Shown: positions 49,704-63,757 of the stretch, one piece after another
Layout of the letters: every line of letters starts with the position of its first letter
Position numbering within the stretch: the stretch's first letter is position 1
NCBI GenBank assembly: GCA_002633005.1
Contig: NMRA01000084.1
Location: 837,267 to 901,266, forward strand
Origin: Phoronis australis
Taxonomy: Eukaryota; Animalia; Phoronida
Length of the DNA: 64,000 bases
Direction: 5' to 3'
Notes under the pieces: generated by a model
Seen by the model: the letters and a program-made list of their open reading frames with translations, nothing else
Database searches by the model: none
What the model was told of the DNA's origin: nothing
Program-made: the position numbers and the translations under genes

Positions 49704-52700
49704 CGGTAAAGTCGCGTGATTTTCGGACACTGAAAATTAATTCCAATAGAAAAAATTCATTCTTGGACGAATCTCGCGAAATATCATTTTGTGGTGTCCG
49801 AATTTGGCGGACCTCCAAATTTGGGTTTCCGCTAGTGTCCGAATTTCGTGGGTGTACATTATTTCGATGAGCGGTCGTAGTATCAACAATGCTGGCTCGG
49901 TCATTTGATAGCAGTATAATTGCAGGTAAATGAGACTCAAATGGTCTGAGCGATTAATTTTTGAAAATCTGGCTTTCCCAATAAGAAATGTGCGCCGTCG
50001 ACGCACAAAGACCGTTCCCAACAAGTGTTGGTTCTTCTTTTCAAAGATGTGCTTTCTCAATATGAAATATTCGGCTTGCATTGCCGATGCTCAAAAACCG
50101 TTCTCCGCAAGTGACGGAATCTTTTCAAAACTGCGCTATCCCACTTGAAATATCGGGCTGCGTTGCGAAGAGTCTTCCTGGTGACAAATATGGGCTTTTC
50201 AATGAGTGGGTCTGGTTTGCGTTGTTGACGCACATGAAACGTTAGACAACCGATTCTCTTTTGTAAAAATGCGTTTTCTCAATAACAAAAATGTCGAGTT
50301 TGCGCTGTGAACGCATGGTTTCCCAATAAAATGCTGGAATTGCGTATTCGGCGCACAAAGAGGGTTCCCGACCATCAAAACATGCGCTTTCTCAATTTTA
50401 ACGAATTTTGCATTAAACGTAACAGTAATGGATGTGGGAACGAGTTCAATGAAGAAAGTGACGAACAATGACAAGAACATAGCATATATTTATGTTTGTT
50501 AAACGTATCCATGCATTGTCTGCTGGTTACAAACCGAAACGCAAGTTAACTCTGACACATTTATTTCCATATTAACTGAAAGCTCAGTTTCAACATGAAA
50601 ACTTCGATTGAACAATTACCCAAAATAGATAACAAAGACAATCATGATAATAAAACGAGTAGTTTCTCATCGACTTGTGATCCCCATTTGTCGTCCTGGT
50701 AGTCGTCTGAATTGTTGAAGAAGCGCTGTCGTTCTACATGTTTAGGCCTACTGCGGCAAACGATGGGAATGCGTCGACTAGTACAGTGCTGCGCGGCTGA
50801 AGACACGATTAACTAACATATTGTATATATAAGGGCGTTGTCTAGAAAGCAAATGCAATTTCAAATGCTACCAACATCAAATTCACCCAACCTTTTTTTT
50901 TTTACAATTAAAACCTTTCTCATCCACAGCCTTTGAAACGCCCGATGTTAACTCAGTGATACACTGGCGCGTCTTCATGCAACTGAGGTGACCTAACACA
51001 TCTGGGTTCGCTTACGTTTTTAACCACAGTGAAAACTCTGACTTGTGAAATCTTTTTGTGGATGAAATGAAACTGATAATCGTTAACATTTTCTGGTAAT
51101 CTGCGTGGAAGATAACAGGGCCGTTTCTTCTGGTCGTCACCAGTTTAGCGCCGTCCACGGTCGTCACCAATTTCGCGCAGCTCAGTCTCCGTCAGTCACT
51201 ACTAATTTACGCCGCCCCCCCCCCCCCCCTCGGCCTCCTGTTGCACACCAATGTCGATTTTGCGCCACTAATTCTAAGGGAGTCTACTAGGTGCAACCCC
51301 CTGCCAAGACCGTTGTTGCGCACGTTGATACAATAGGATACTGGGCAGATCACGACTGTTAGAAGAATCGACTAGTGACGACCTGAAAAGAAAAACGAAA
51401 GCACTCAATTTGGGACAGGTGAACTCATGAAGGACGTAAACCAGGCAATTCAAGTACCATTCTACTATTTATATACTTAATTTTCTTTCTTAATGTATAT
51501 TTAACCAATTACAATTCATCTATGTCGACCGTTTTCATTTCATTTCGTCATATATTTGCTACAGTTACGGAAAATAGTTCTTCCCACAGGTCTCTGCTGA
51601 TGGACATTACACACTTCTGCTAACATTTAAAGTATGAACAGTCGCGAGTTTACTGAAGTCTCATTATAAGTACAGAAATGTTGTTGAAGAATAACAGTGA
51701 CTATCTGAAGACAGGAATACATAACAAAATAAAATATGGAAACACCAAACAAAAATCAAAACAACACTTACCTGTTGCAATAACGCCTTAAATGCGAACG
51801 TACTGACCGACTTGCATGAACGGAATGTTAGTTGAACATGTTAGTAGAACAAAACTGTCTCAATGAAATTTTCATGGTTGACAGGTTTAAGAAGATCCAC
51901 CGTAGATTTCCGTATATAAGTCCAGGAGAATATATGGCCAATTTGCGTATCTTAAATTTTTCCCTAAAATATACCTGGGATGCATATCTGAGAATAAAAA
52001 TGCATGCTTGAAATCTAAAAATAATGCTATTCCCACTAGGATATAATTAGGGTGAGCTACAGTATTTATACTGTGTTCGTGTATTCGGCATTGCTGAGTA
52101 TAGGCCCTGGTGTATTTTTACATAAGACGTTTGGTTTCCCCAACTTATATACGGAAATCGCTAGTAATACTTCCCAAAATTATTTACCCTTGCTGCAAGT
52201 AAGGCATCACCTCGGGTAAAAATAGAACAATAATAATTAGCAATGTAACAGTCAACACAATTAAACACACTTACAGCTGAAATGCCTCTAAAACTATATT
52301 AAGTAATACAAAAAACATGGTCTGTAGTTTAAGATCACGTTTCTTTTTTGTCTCAAAACTATCAACTGAAGGCGGTAACATAGACATGAAGACAAGGTCC
52401 TGTGGAAAGTAGATATGGAACTCCGGTCGGAAACACCTATCAGGTTCCAGGCCCGTTGCATCGGACTCCAGGTCCTGTATTCTTGTTAGCCTACCCCTAG
52501 GACCACAAGAAGCAACGACTACCAAATCTGATTCAACTGACTTGTCATTTTTCGAAATGATTGGTGGAGGATTTTCTTAGTCGCCGCAGACAGAGAGTGC
52601 CACAGGGTCCCGGTGTCCTTGTCGGGATTCATCTTAATCTCGGGACACCATGGAGTTCAGGGTGTTGTACCTCAGACGGTACAGCTAGGATGTGAATTAA

Positions 52701-54028
52701 CAAGACCACAAGTACACAGACCAGTGGATGAGCAAGCAAAATTGGGTCGCCGCAAGTTAAATCTTTTTAGGTTTACATCTGGGGTTAAGCTCGTAACGCT
52801 AGAACTTCGCTAAAAAGCACGAATTCATGAAATTACGTGATGTATTGTGTTTTTTAATTGAAAGCGTGATTTTGGCTAGATTTTTGTATTTCCCAAGACA
52901 GCTACTGAACTCTACCCTAGTCTGCGATCGGGGGCGCAAGGGTGAGAATCTCACGAACACGCTAGACTTAAGACGTCGAGACGTATGGTGAGGCATTGCA
53001 AACGAAGCACACGATCACACTATCTTCTTTAGCGAGATTCTTGCATCTGCGATGCTTATCAGAGAGCAACAGACAATTTGTAAGGGTAGTGAAACGTGGT
53101 TACGTGGATGTACATTAGTTTTTGATATGTGTTATAGCACACCGGCACTTACACAACATAGGACAGGGATGCAATGTCTCTGTAACAATTGCGTGTGCGC
53201 CGCGCCCCTTTCTGAGTGCTGGGCCTTGCGCTATGTTTGATTTTTAACCAGTTTTACTTTGGCTCCGTCTCATTCGGCTGCTGCTGTTCACTATCTACAC
53301 TACTTTGAACGCGCGATATCCTACGGACATACTTAGCTGTGACCTATTGTGTATGGGGGCCTAAACAAAAAATATTTCTCATCACGTCAAGAATAAAATC
53401 CAGACACGTCGTCGGGAGATTTTAGCCACTAACAAGGGCATTTGCAAAGGCCAGGACGTTTTAAAAATAAAAACGCTTCGTAAACACGCAAGTTGAGGCG
53501 TGCAAGTTCAATGTCACAGTCGGAAGTTGAACAACACGGTCTAATTAAACCAGAGCACATGTTACGCTACAACGAAAAACTGCAGCCTTCCGTGTATTTC
53601 CCATTTGTATTTTCATCAGAAATTTTCGTCATGCGAGACTCGGTGACTTTTTTCATAGCTAAAGCGCCAAACTCAAGCTAAACGCAAGACAATCGAGTAA
53701 CGGTCATGACATCGTCAAGACAAGGTAAAAATTACAAAGCCCGTTACCCCAATTCTCAGATTCAAGCCTTATCGAGTAGTAATCATCCGTTGAACGCTTT
53801 AGTGACACGGGAGTTGCGTCGATCCTAAATTAGCGTTTCTAAAATTTTCCTTGTCCGAAAGTCGCGGGACAAAAATCCGACGTTTATGACATTGTCCGAA
53901 ATTCGAGGATCATTGAAAAACAGTTTTTGGACCTTGTACGAATTTCGTGGACCATGAAAAACTCATTTCGGAAATATTTATTCTTGGTCGAAAATGGCGG
54001 GCCGTCCGAAAATCACGCGACTTTACCG
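49704..54028. mobile_element. 4.3-kb Tc1/mariner-type non-autonomous element
   Basis: Perfect 25-bp TIRs CGGTAAAGTCGCGTGATTTTCGGAC...GTCCGAAAATCACGCGACTTTACCG; TA TSD; subterminal GTCCGAA-like repeats; no transposase ORF. Confidence 0.85.
51900..52164. mobile_element. Small nested Tc1/mariner-like MITE
   Basis: CCGTAGATTTCCGTATATAAGT ... ACTTATATACGGAAATCGCTAG. Confidence 0.6.
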
Positions 54029-54807
54029 TAGACCCAGTCAAAACTAAACAGTTATGATCTCACAGTTGTCCCAGATTCTTTCATTCAATATTGTACTTCT
54101 AATTCACTTTTCACAGTCTTTGAGTTGTTCCAACTATTATGTAGTCTCAAATTTCACATTGCCTTGAACTTGACATAATTTGTTAGTGCAGTCAGATCAT
54201 AGATCATGTTGACTTTACTTGGAAGCCTGTCTTGTCTGTGACCTTAAAGGACTTTATACATTGAAATTGGAAGGTACACAAGGAATAGCAAGGGATGTTG
54301 TATTCTCGTCATCTTAAGTCACCCTTACATCTAGGCTTAACAGCTGCTCGTTTATTTGAATTAAAAACACAAATGTCAATTCGAATTTTGCCAACCAGAC
54401 CTGTTTCAAGTCGTCATGTAGTCAAGAAGTCATTTGCTTTAAATCTCAATTCTTGTCTGGCAATTGACATCCCAAATTTGTTGATTTGTTCTTTGGAGTG
54501 CATGCCTTATGTAAATACCAGATGTGCGTTCCCTAGATGCAAGGCACTCGTGAGTACATCATGCAAAATGACTGTGATGCAATAGTCAGGACTTCAGGGA
54601 CCAATTTAACTGGATATTTTTGTTATCATGGTTTCAGTAGTCAATCAAAAGAGCAAAAAAGTGATAACAAATTTGTCAGACTTTTTTGTTAATTCTTGTC
54701 TTAATGCCATCATCTCAGTGTGTAATGGGCGTAAAATCCCATCGTCCATCAAGACCTGTAGGTTGCTCTGGAATTTCGATGATCCTGTTTACTAGTAGGT
54801 AAATTAA

Positions 54808-56413
54808 AGGAGAATGCCACCCAAAAACAACCTATTTTGTATCAATTTAGATCGAGTAGTTCTACTCGATAACGGCAGGTTCGGTTGCGTTACCTGACAC
54901 CTGATGGCAGACGGAGGTTTTGAAATTATCCAATGACGTTATTGGTTTCACACACAGGCTGTTTAGCAGTTCACGACACGGGTTACTGGTGTCAGCTTAT
55001 TGCTTGAATTCATCGTTTAACACCAATAAATCACCAAACTTCGATGTAAAACCCTTAAAAATACACTGAATTCTTATAAAAACATGTTGTTTTATTTCGC
55101 TGTTATGCATTTATTGGTATTTGGACACACTGTAGCCTACAAAGTTCGGCAGGCCAATTTACCAAGGTCCGTAGCAGGAGTTTGGGGTCTGTTTGGAGAT
55201 AAATTCGAAGTATTCTTCCGTGAAATACAGACAAGAGAACATAGATCTGTGTTGTTTAGTTGTGATTTTTTGAGTTCTAAACACACAAAACGCTTGTTAT
55301 CCCAGCCAGTGGCTTGGAACCCGATCAGGCCCGTTGCGGCCGCCGGGACTGGCACGAACATAAACCAGCTTGAGTTGGAAACTAAACCTCCAGTCACGAA
55401 AAGACTATAATAGTCAAAGCTGTAGTGGTAAAAGCAGAGGGAGGTAAGTACTAGGTGCCGAAAGTCCACCGTATCACCTTGAGCACTGAACGTAACTTAT
55501 GGTGCGTAGACGCTACGTTCAAATGCCAAAAGGTGGTTCGCTGCGCCTACGTGCGCCTACGCCCCACTACAACACTGATAATAGTGAGCCAAAGAAATAA
55601 TGTGCTCGTAATTATTTACGTGAATTAGCCACGAAACTGAAAATCTACTTACTTGTCGGGGGGCCGCGAAGTCGGGTTCCCCTTCCACAGACCGTCAGGG
55701 CAAAGGTTGTACATTAACAATGATTTGAATAATGTACTTGTATTTCTAAATAAAGATTCCCCTAACATGCGACCATAGCATATAAAATTGAGTTATTGTT
55801 TCACAACAGCTTTCTGTCAGCAAACACTGAATTAGCATACGCTCACACCACCTCGGTACCTGGTCAATTACCTTTATTCATTGCTGGCATCAAGCCGGTA
55901 ATGCAGTAGTTTATTCATTGCTGGCTTCTCAACATTTGCAATCACGAATACTACAAAGGAATTACAAATTATTGTATCTAATGTTACAGACTTTGTTTCA
56001 GTATGATTAGTTCTTTGGTAAGCCGGAATTCTTCAGAGAAATCACTGTCGACGAAATGCCGGCCTCAGACTTCGAGATGTTTCACGGCCTCATACTTGCT
56101 ATTAACAGCATAACTTTCATTCTTTACTACCACGAGCCACTTCCTAAGCATTTCGGGCTCTCGAGGAAGTCGAAAAAATGATATATCCGATTTTTTCGCA
56201 GCTTCATAGTTCGGACAAGCGGGAACGATGCACCGCAATATAGCGGCATTAACTCTGCAGACGAACCACTGACGTCTCTGCGTCGTTTCTCACCTTCCTC
56301 ACAGGTTAACGTGACACCTCTCGGCAGGGTGAGGTCGACTGTGTAAGAGGCGATGTGGATATAGACCAATTAAGACGATAAAAAAGACTAATTAAATCAG
56401 GTGGCATACTCCT
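54808..56413. mobile_element. TTAA-flanked element with AGG termini (Kolobok-like; Crypton-type not excluded), 1.6 kb
   Basis: TTAA|AGGAGAATGCCACC ... GGTGGCATACTCCT|TTAA. Confidence 0.75.
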
Positions 56414-56508
56414 TTAAGCTGACCATCAGTACAAAAGTCCTTTATGAAAGAAGTGTAAAAGAAAAATCACGAAAGTCTGTTATGAAAGCTTGTGTGATCA
56501 GGTTCTTC

Positions 56509-56660
56509 GGTTGTAATGCATGTTGATCTCTGGTTGTAATGCATGTTGATCTCTGGTTGTAATGCATGTTGATCTCTGGTTGTAATGCATTTTGATCTCT
56601 GGTTGTAATGCATGTTGATCTCTGGTTGTACTGCATGTTGATCTCTGGTTGTAATGCATG
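56509..56660. repeat. 23-bp minisatellite, ~6.5 copies
   Basis: GGTTGTAATGCATGTTGATCTCT repeated head to tail. Confidence 0.92.
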
Positions 56661-58140
56661 GTGATAACTGGCTAGGATGTGTTAGATGTGGATCTAGCTC
56701 TACCCAACAGTAATAGTCGATGGTGCCCGCATTTGGTCAACCAATTTTCACCACTGAATAGCATGCATCTTGAAATTTGGGCATGTTATACCCGACTATA
56801 TCCCTACCAAGCAGAGCCTTGTGAAGGTACAATAAACTTTTGCGGAGTTTCACTAAGTGGGAAAGTGTAATTAACTGCAGGACTTAAGCCGTCGCAACTC
56901 CCCTCAAAATAAGTGGACTAACCCGCGAAGTTGTGCAACTCCCTTGCAATCTGGTCAAACTTGAACTTGTTGCAAGGTGAATACTTGTATTACAGTTTTT
57001 CGACTCCTTTTCACCCTATTTTGTACTTTCATATAAATTTTGTAGGTATGCTGCTAAAGTTTTTATCTTAATTTTCCGGTAAAGTGCAAAGTGGTTACTC
57101 GGGTCTATCCCAAAATGCACCGTGTCGGATCTGCATTTGGGCTATTTGAGAGTACAAATCAACTGCGCCATCTGGTATTTAAGCTAAGACCTTGTGGAAA
57201 CTTTGATGTTGCTACCATAGAGAAGTGGGAAGGGTACTTCAGTGATTTGTGATGGAATTGCGGTAGACCGGAGTTTTGCTCTTGAGAAGCAACATTGGAA
57301 GAACACATTAGACAAATCTTGCACTTACATTTGTGGTTTTGTAAACCTCAATGTCTATTAGCGATCCTAAGCCAGACTGACTAACCTGTCATGATCGATT
57401 CACAAATTAATGCTCGTTGCTTAGCCGCGATTCTAAAGAAAAACTGTTTGCTAATTTCTTTTACGATGCCTCAATTTTGAAAATTCAACGACGGCTAATA
57501 TTTACTTTTCAGTTTTAAGAACACTCATATTGGCCTTTTGTCTTACTTATTGTTCGGTTTTTGACTTTTTTCCGTGCTGGTTTGTAACCACAATTATCTC
57601 ATCCAACACGTTCAGCCAACCCCATGAATAGCGAGTAGCTCCCTTCAATCCGTGACAGCCGAGGACTTTGAGGACTTCACTGGATGCTCAGAGGGTAAAC
57701 AGTGCATGCGTTCTTGTCCACTTGCATGCAAATCTTGTTAGCGTAAGATTTACCTAATGATAAACAATAGCAAATTTTCTTTGCTGACATACACAACTAT
57801 TTAATGAACTGGAAAGTAAAAGGCTGTACAGTATCTTATACACGTGTAAGTCCAAGAAACTGAGAGAGTAGAATTTGTTCTATCCATTCATTACTTCGTA
57901 TCACGAAATAGTGCTCTTCATTTGCAGAGGTAGAAAATGGCCTTGTATGATTGACCAAGTTTTCAGAATATAGAGCTGCTAACACACTTATGAGCTACGT
58001 CAGTCAAGTGAAGAATGATTTGAAGTGCCTCACTCTACTTTTCCTGACTGCATTGTAGTTTCACTGTGCAACATTAAAAATTTATTCATATCACAAAGAC
58101 AAATGGCAAATTAATTTTGAATGTGATAAGCATGCTAGCC

Positions 58141-58206
58141 GTGTACAGCATGGAGCAAGGAATATGTAGCAAGCTGTGTACAGCATGGAGCAAGGAATAT
58201 GTAGCA
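58141..58206. repeat. Short direct duplication
   Basis: GTGTACAGCATGGAGCAAGGAATATGTAGC x2. Confidence 0.85.
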
Positions 58207-61200
58207 TTGCAGGGCTAAAAAACCAGTTGGTTTTGTGGCATTGCAGAAGGTTCGCTTGCTCTATGCGTATTTCACACCGTGGATAAATTCAGTCCCAAAG
58301 TAAGCTGCTCACTTTTTGGGGAAAGTAATAATGGTCAGGTCATTTCTCTTTGCAATGAGCACTGACCCAGCCTGTGTTCAGTTGAGTGGAAGTGGTTTTT
58401 GGCATTACTAACAAATTGACAGAAGGATGACCTGCAGTTACAAAACAACATTTGACCTGCATAACCCCTACAGAGTACAAGTGTTCCTCTCTCTCAAACA
58501 CTGTGCTACAGGCTGTGCCTGTAATTCAATCTGTTTACTCACAGCCCTTTCTTGATCATGCTGGTGAATTTTCATGAGGTCCTGTTTAAACACTGAGGTT
58601 TGCTAAACAGCCTTCAATTTCCCAGTAAGTATCCTCTGTGTGTTGCTGAATTGGTCCTAACAAGGCAGTGGCTTCAGTTTTAGGAGATAAAAAGGTAGTT
58701 TTAAGAGCCGCAAGATAGAGAGTTTTACCTTTTAGATGTTCACATTCTTGGTTTATCTCTTTAGTTTCACGTTGCAGTCAATGGAAGTAGGTTTATTTAA
58801 GTTAAAAGCTGGTTCAAACCCATGTTTTCGAAAAGACATTTGTGATTTTTGATAGACTGTGGCTCAGTGGTTACAGCTCGGGACTCCTGTGTATACCCAT
58901 GTTCACTCCTGGCTCAACTGGCAGACAGTCGCACCACTCAGAAAAACAACTGTCAAGGATACCTTTTTATGGAAGTATAACCCTTGTAAATGTGTGGTGT
59001 CTGCATTTTGTGAAGCGTAGTATTTTTAATTAGGCCCTCTTTCAAAGGGGTGATCCATAGTATATTGATAGTACTTTGCTTTGCAACTGGTTACGTGTTA
59101 ACTATTTTGTATAAGGCTTAGGCAGGAAATTTGTTTTGCAAACTTGGCTAGATGCAGGGAATGGAAACGATTCCATGGCCTCACCTTTGAATCAAAATCC
59201 CTGTCCCTAACCAGCAAACACCAAACCCCCATTACATATTTCATTCCCGTGACTGCAAAATTGTATGCAAGCCTGATGCTCTTTACATGGTGACGGAACT
59301 ATCGTAGTCCCGGACCATGGGTGCAGAACTGGAATGGTCTTTCAGTAGTACAGAGTGTTTTTGGTCCATTTGTGCTGCCTAAGGATGCCTGCGCTTTGCG
59401 TAGATTCTGTGTTTAATTTGAAACACTGTCCTATTGTATATCAGCAAGCTCTTGTGCAAATTGTGTTCATCTTAATTTTTAGGGCATTCTTAAACACACT
59501 TTAGTTTAATAGTCCCAACCCTGTCACATTAGGGTGGGCTGTCTGATCAACAGAGTTGTTGTACTTAGTAAACAATGCTTACAAGTGAGAAACAGTAGGT
59601 CTTTATGAGTAGGGCACCTGAATTGTTTAGGTTTACTCAACCCTTATTCACAAAAATTTGCCGTTTTTACAGTATTTCACATGTCTAGCAAAATACCTTA
59701 TCCTCATTCTTGGGGACTTCTGTTTTTTACAAAAATACCATTTTTTTTGTGAGTTGATTTGTCATGGAAACCGAACTAATTCTTAAGAGTGTTTTTGAGG
59801 TAACTGGTGAAGTTTTCATTTAAAAAAGGTCATTAATATCGACCAAGGGTTATTTTAGCATGAATGTACCTAAGTTTCTTAAAAATGAAATTATGTTTTA
59901 AAAATGGTGTTAATGCAATAATAGTAATGGCACATAACCCTTAATCTTTTTTCTTTCAGAAAATAGTATACACTTTTACTAGTTGACATTGCTTGGTTTT
60001 TGATATATGAGTTAGAATGGAGGCCACTAAATAAGGTTTGAGACGTCCCACAAGCTTACTTTACTGTACACGGTTTTACTTGGCTACAGCCAAGTTCGGT
60101 TTTCACGGGAGGCTTAGCGTAGTTCAGTTGTAGTTGGTGAAATTTTTGTTGTCTCAAGCCTAAGTCATCTGTGTTAGGATTTCACAATTACATGAAGAAA
60201 AACGTTGTGTTATGATTTCACAGTTACGTGAAGAAAAGCATTGTCAAATTGTGTGTTATGACTTCACAATATGAGGAAATCCTTATTGTATTGCCAGCCT
60301 ATGGTAGCTTTTCCAAGCTGATTTAGTTTTAGTTTACAAAGCCTTCTGAACTATGAATACAATGCATTGTTATCTAGATCTTGTATTTCCTGCTTTCACA
60401 ACTCCCAGGTATACATGTGTGCCTTTTGCTGTTGTCTCTTGTAAGCTGTTCCTCCTTTTAACATAACATCCACAGCTGCTATCTCCTAGATCTCTAGCAA
60501 CATCTAGTATGATCAGATCTATGGTAAAAATTTCTCCAGTTTGGGACTGTCTCTAAATTTTGGTACACCAAAATTTAAGCCAAAATTGAATTTTCTTGAT
60601 TCTGGTGCTGATCATATTTCTCAAATATTGGACGCTGTGTTTTATATCAGCAGAGTCCGATGATACGTAGACTTGTTAGTTCCTAAAATTGTCGAAAATA
60701 GCTGCATTTTCATGCTTGTATATATTGTATAACACTGAGGTGAATGATTGTTGAAAACTGTTGATCTTAATTTTTTGATTTGGGATGGCCAATATTGCCT
60801 GTTTCTAAAATTTAGTGCACTCTGGTAAATAGTATCTGTTCAGTTTGGTACACAATATGGTGGACAGGTGAATTTTCATGTCAAATTTCGCAAAAAAATC
60901 CTTTCAGGAATATCTGCTGTGCTCTTAGCTTGGTTCGTATATTTAACACATAACAGGTGATTTTTTAGCATTTGCAACAGTGTGGTCAGCCTCTGAAAAA
61001 TAGAAATGTGGCAATTTTAGCAATTATTTTTGTTCCAAAATGAAGAAATTTTGCTGTAAGCTCTGACCTTGAGCAGAATACCTGTTTCCTTGTCCAAAAT
61101 TGTGGTAGTCTGCTTCCTCAGTGTTCTGTTAGGCTGGTTACGTTGTTAATATAAAGTATTGAACTTGTGCAATAAATCCTGGTATTTTTACTGACAAGGC

Positions 61201-62454
61201 TAAACTCTTCCTTGCTTTTTTATGTCGGTTGTTTAATTCCCATAGTCTGGTGTTTAATTTTGTCCTTTCAAACATCAAATGTTTTCAAAATGGTACATAC
61301 TGCATGTGATACCGCAGTCACATGCATGACATTTTGGACAGGAGAGTGTCCGTCACCCTTGTGATTTTTTCTCAGGAATAAGTTTTCCTGCCGTAGGTAG
61401 GTTTGGTCAATTGTTAGTAAGCATTTTGCGAGATAAGAGGGATGGTGAATTTTTGTCCTACTCCTGTTGGCGTCATGATGCTAACCTGTTAAGTACTACA
61501 CTTTAGGAATTCAAGTTGTTTTTCAAACTCTTTTCCACCTTCAGCAGTATAGACCTTGTGCAAGGTTATGCAACTAGGTGGGAGATTATGTCTGACTTTT
61601 CTAATCAATCTAAGTTTGGAAGCCTGCAAGTGACTTATTTTCCTTTAAATCGTGAATCCATAAAGTGGTGTTCGCCGGTGTGGAATGGAACAATCTATCT
61701 TTTTATGTGAGCGCTTTTTTGAGATATGCTCAGTAATAGTGAGTCAGGTCCTTTCTTTCCTAGTGTTATTTTGCTCATCCATCACAATTGTGGTCAACTG
61801 ATTTAAATCCTTACCTTGTTCTTTCTTCGATCCACAATTGTTACTAGAATCTTTGAATGTCTGATCCTTTAAACTGTGCTGTTTCAGTTCAGTCCATCTC
61901 GATTAATTAAAATGTCTTTCCTTTGCTAAGTTTTACTTGCCAATCCAGGTCCTTGAAAACTTGAATTTTGCTTGGACAAGGATTGATTACAGTGTAACCA
62001 CTGTTATCTCAACATAATTACCTTACATGTTTACTTATAATCCATACATATTGCTAACACATGTTATTGTGATGTTGGTGTTTGACTGCCACTCAATGTT
62101 TGCTTTGGCCTCTAAGTCTGGTCATAGGGTACTACAACTTGATTCTCCAGAAACAGGCCCCAAATTTCTTTTCTAGTGGATGCAGTAACTTCAAAAACTG
62201 TCAAACACATGTATTGGGCTCATGCTCATGTTGAAGGTTTTTTAATGCTAGTGTTTTCAGCGGTGTCCCGGTCCTTTTCTTAATTCTCGTTGCGTACCGT
62301 ATGGTCCAATGAAGCCGACCAGGAGGTGTGAAATAATGTCCTTTAACTTCCATTTTCTTCACCATCATGGTATTTTCCCCTAAAGGTGGACTGATTTCTT
62401 AATAGACCTCGTCTGTTAGTAATCAAACTAAAAAAATGAAAGCGCTCTGAGGAG

Positions 62455-62810
62455 CGAAACTTGGCGAAATTAACCAAAAAAAACACGTTCGAGAGGACGA
62501 AAAAAGACGACGACAGAGATGATGACGAAGATGACAGCTATGACGACGATGGTGGCGATGATGGACAACCCTAGTTATGATATCATTCATATAACGAACG
62601 TAGAGGTCAGAAATCACTAAGAAAAAGGCTACAGTCTTGTGCGACACTTGGCGAAATTAACGGAAAAGACAACGACGGAGATGATGATGAAGAAGATGAT
62701 GACGATGATGACGAATATGATGATGGTGGTGGCGATGATGAACAACATCACAACATTCATATGATGAACTTAGATGTCATAAATCAATAAGAAATAGGCT
62801 ACAGTCTAGT
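62455..62810. repeat. ~190-bp tandem duplication with (GAT/GAC)n tracts
   Basis: ACTTGGCGAAATTAAC...GATGATGACG...AGGCTACAGTCT occurs twice. Confidence 0.7.
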
Positions 62811-62859
62811 TCAATAGAAGATAAACCAACATCAATGCAGCAAGAGCGCTCAACAAAGG

Positions 62860-63757
62860 AACAGCGTTATCAGAAAATCTAAAATAACTCGAAAAGTAGA
62901 CGTTCTAGCGAAAAATGGAAAACATCTTCTGAAAGCCCGTTCAAAATTCTATATAAACTGATGGTATCGTCTAATTCCGTAAATTTTTCGAAAAAAATGA
63001 AATTTTGGGTTTTTTTTAAGAAATTCAAAGTCTAATAACTCGAAAACGGTAAGTCTGAGAAAAAAATTGTTACAGGTCATTTGAAAGATTATACTTCAAA
63101 GAATCTACATGCAAAAAATCACGTCTTTTTCTCTTCCCGTTTAAAATCGCGCTCCAGACGACTGAAAATGGGTCAACATGCGCCATATCCGCCATCTTGA
63201 AAGCAACTTCCGGTTTTTTGGTTTTGTATAATAGCATGTTACAAGAAACTAATACCTGTAAAAATTCGAAGGAATTGGTCTCATAATGCGCCCTCTAGAG
63301 GAGAAAACGTTTTTAAGCCAAAATCGAGGTGCGCATGCGCGATCGCCGATATTTCCGCCATCTTTAACCGGAAGTAAACAATTTCCGGCATATACGTAAT
63401 GCACATCCGGGCCATTCATTGTGCTGATTTTCAGCTTTGTACGTAAAAAATTGTAGCCTCCAGAAGCCTTTGAATCTTAAAATGAAAACAAAATGGCCGC
63501 CACAGCCGCCATCTTGGATCCGATTTTGACGAAAAACAATAGGCTTCCAGTACTTCCGGAAGTACGTGTTATGTGTAAATTTCGTGATGATCGGACGAAA
63601 ATTGCGACCTGTATCGTGCGAACAAACAAAAAAAAAAACAAACTTAGTGGAAGAGCAACATACTTGGCGAAATTTATTTCGCCAAGTAAAAAAAAAAAAA
63701 AAAAAACAAACTTAGTGTCAGAGCAGTATACTTGGCGAAATTTATTTCGCCAAGTAA
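62860..63757 (-). mobile_element. Helentron-associated (HINE/DINE-1-like) non-autonomous element with a duplicated terminal hairpin
   Basis: TACTTGGCGAAATTTATTTCGCCAAGTA hairpin twice (63661, 63729), next to an A-run and CAAA microsatellite; AAATTTCGTGATGATCGG core; GCCATCTT/AAAATGGC repeats. Confidence 0.6.

Noticed and set aside
56509-56660. 23-bp repeats as a CRISPR array
   Set aside because: Head-to-tail with no unique spacers, no cas genes, eukaryotic context
62480-62745. Asp/Glu-rich coding exon
   Set aside because: (GAT/GAC)n microsatellite in a tandem duplication, with no splice context
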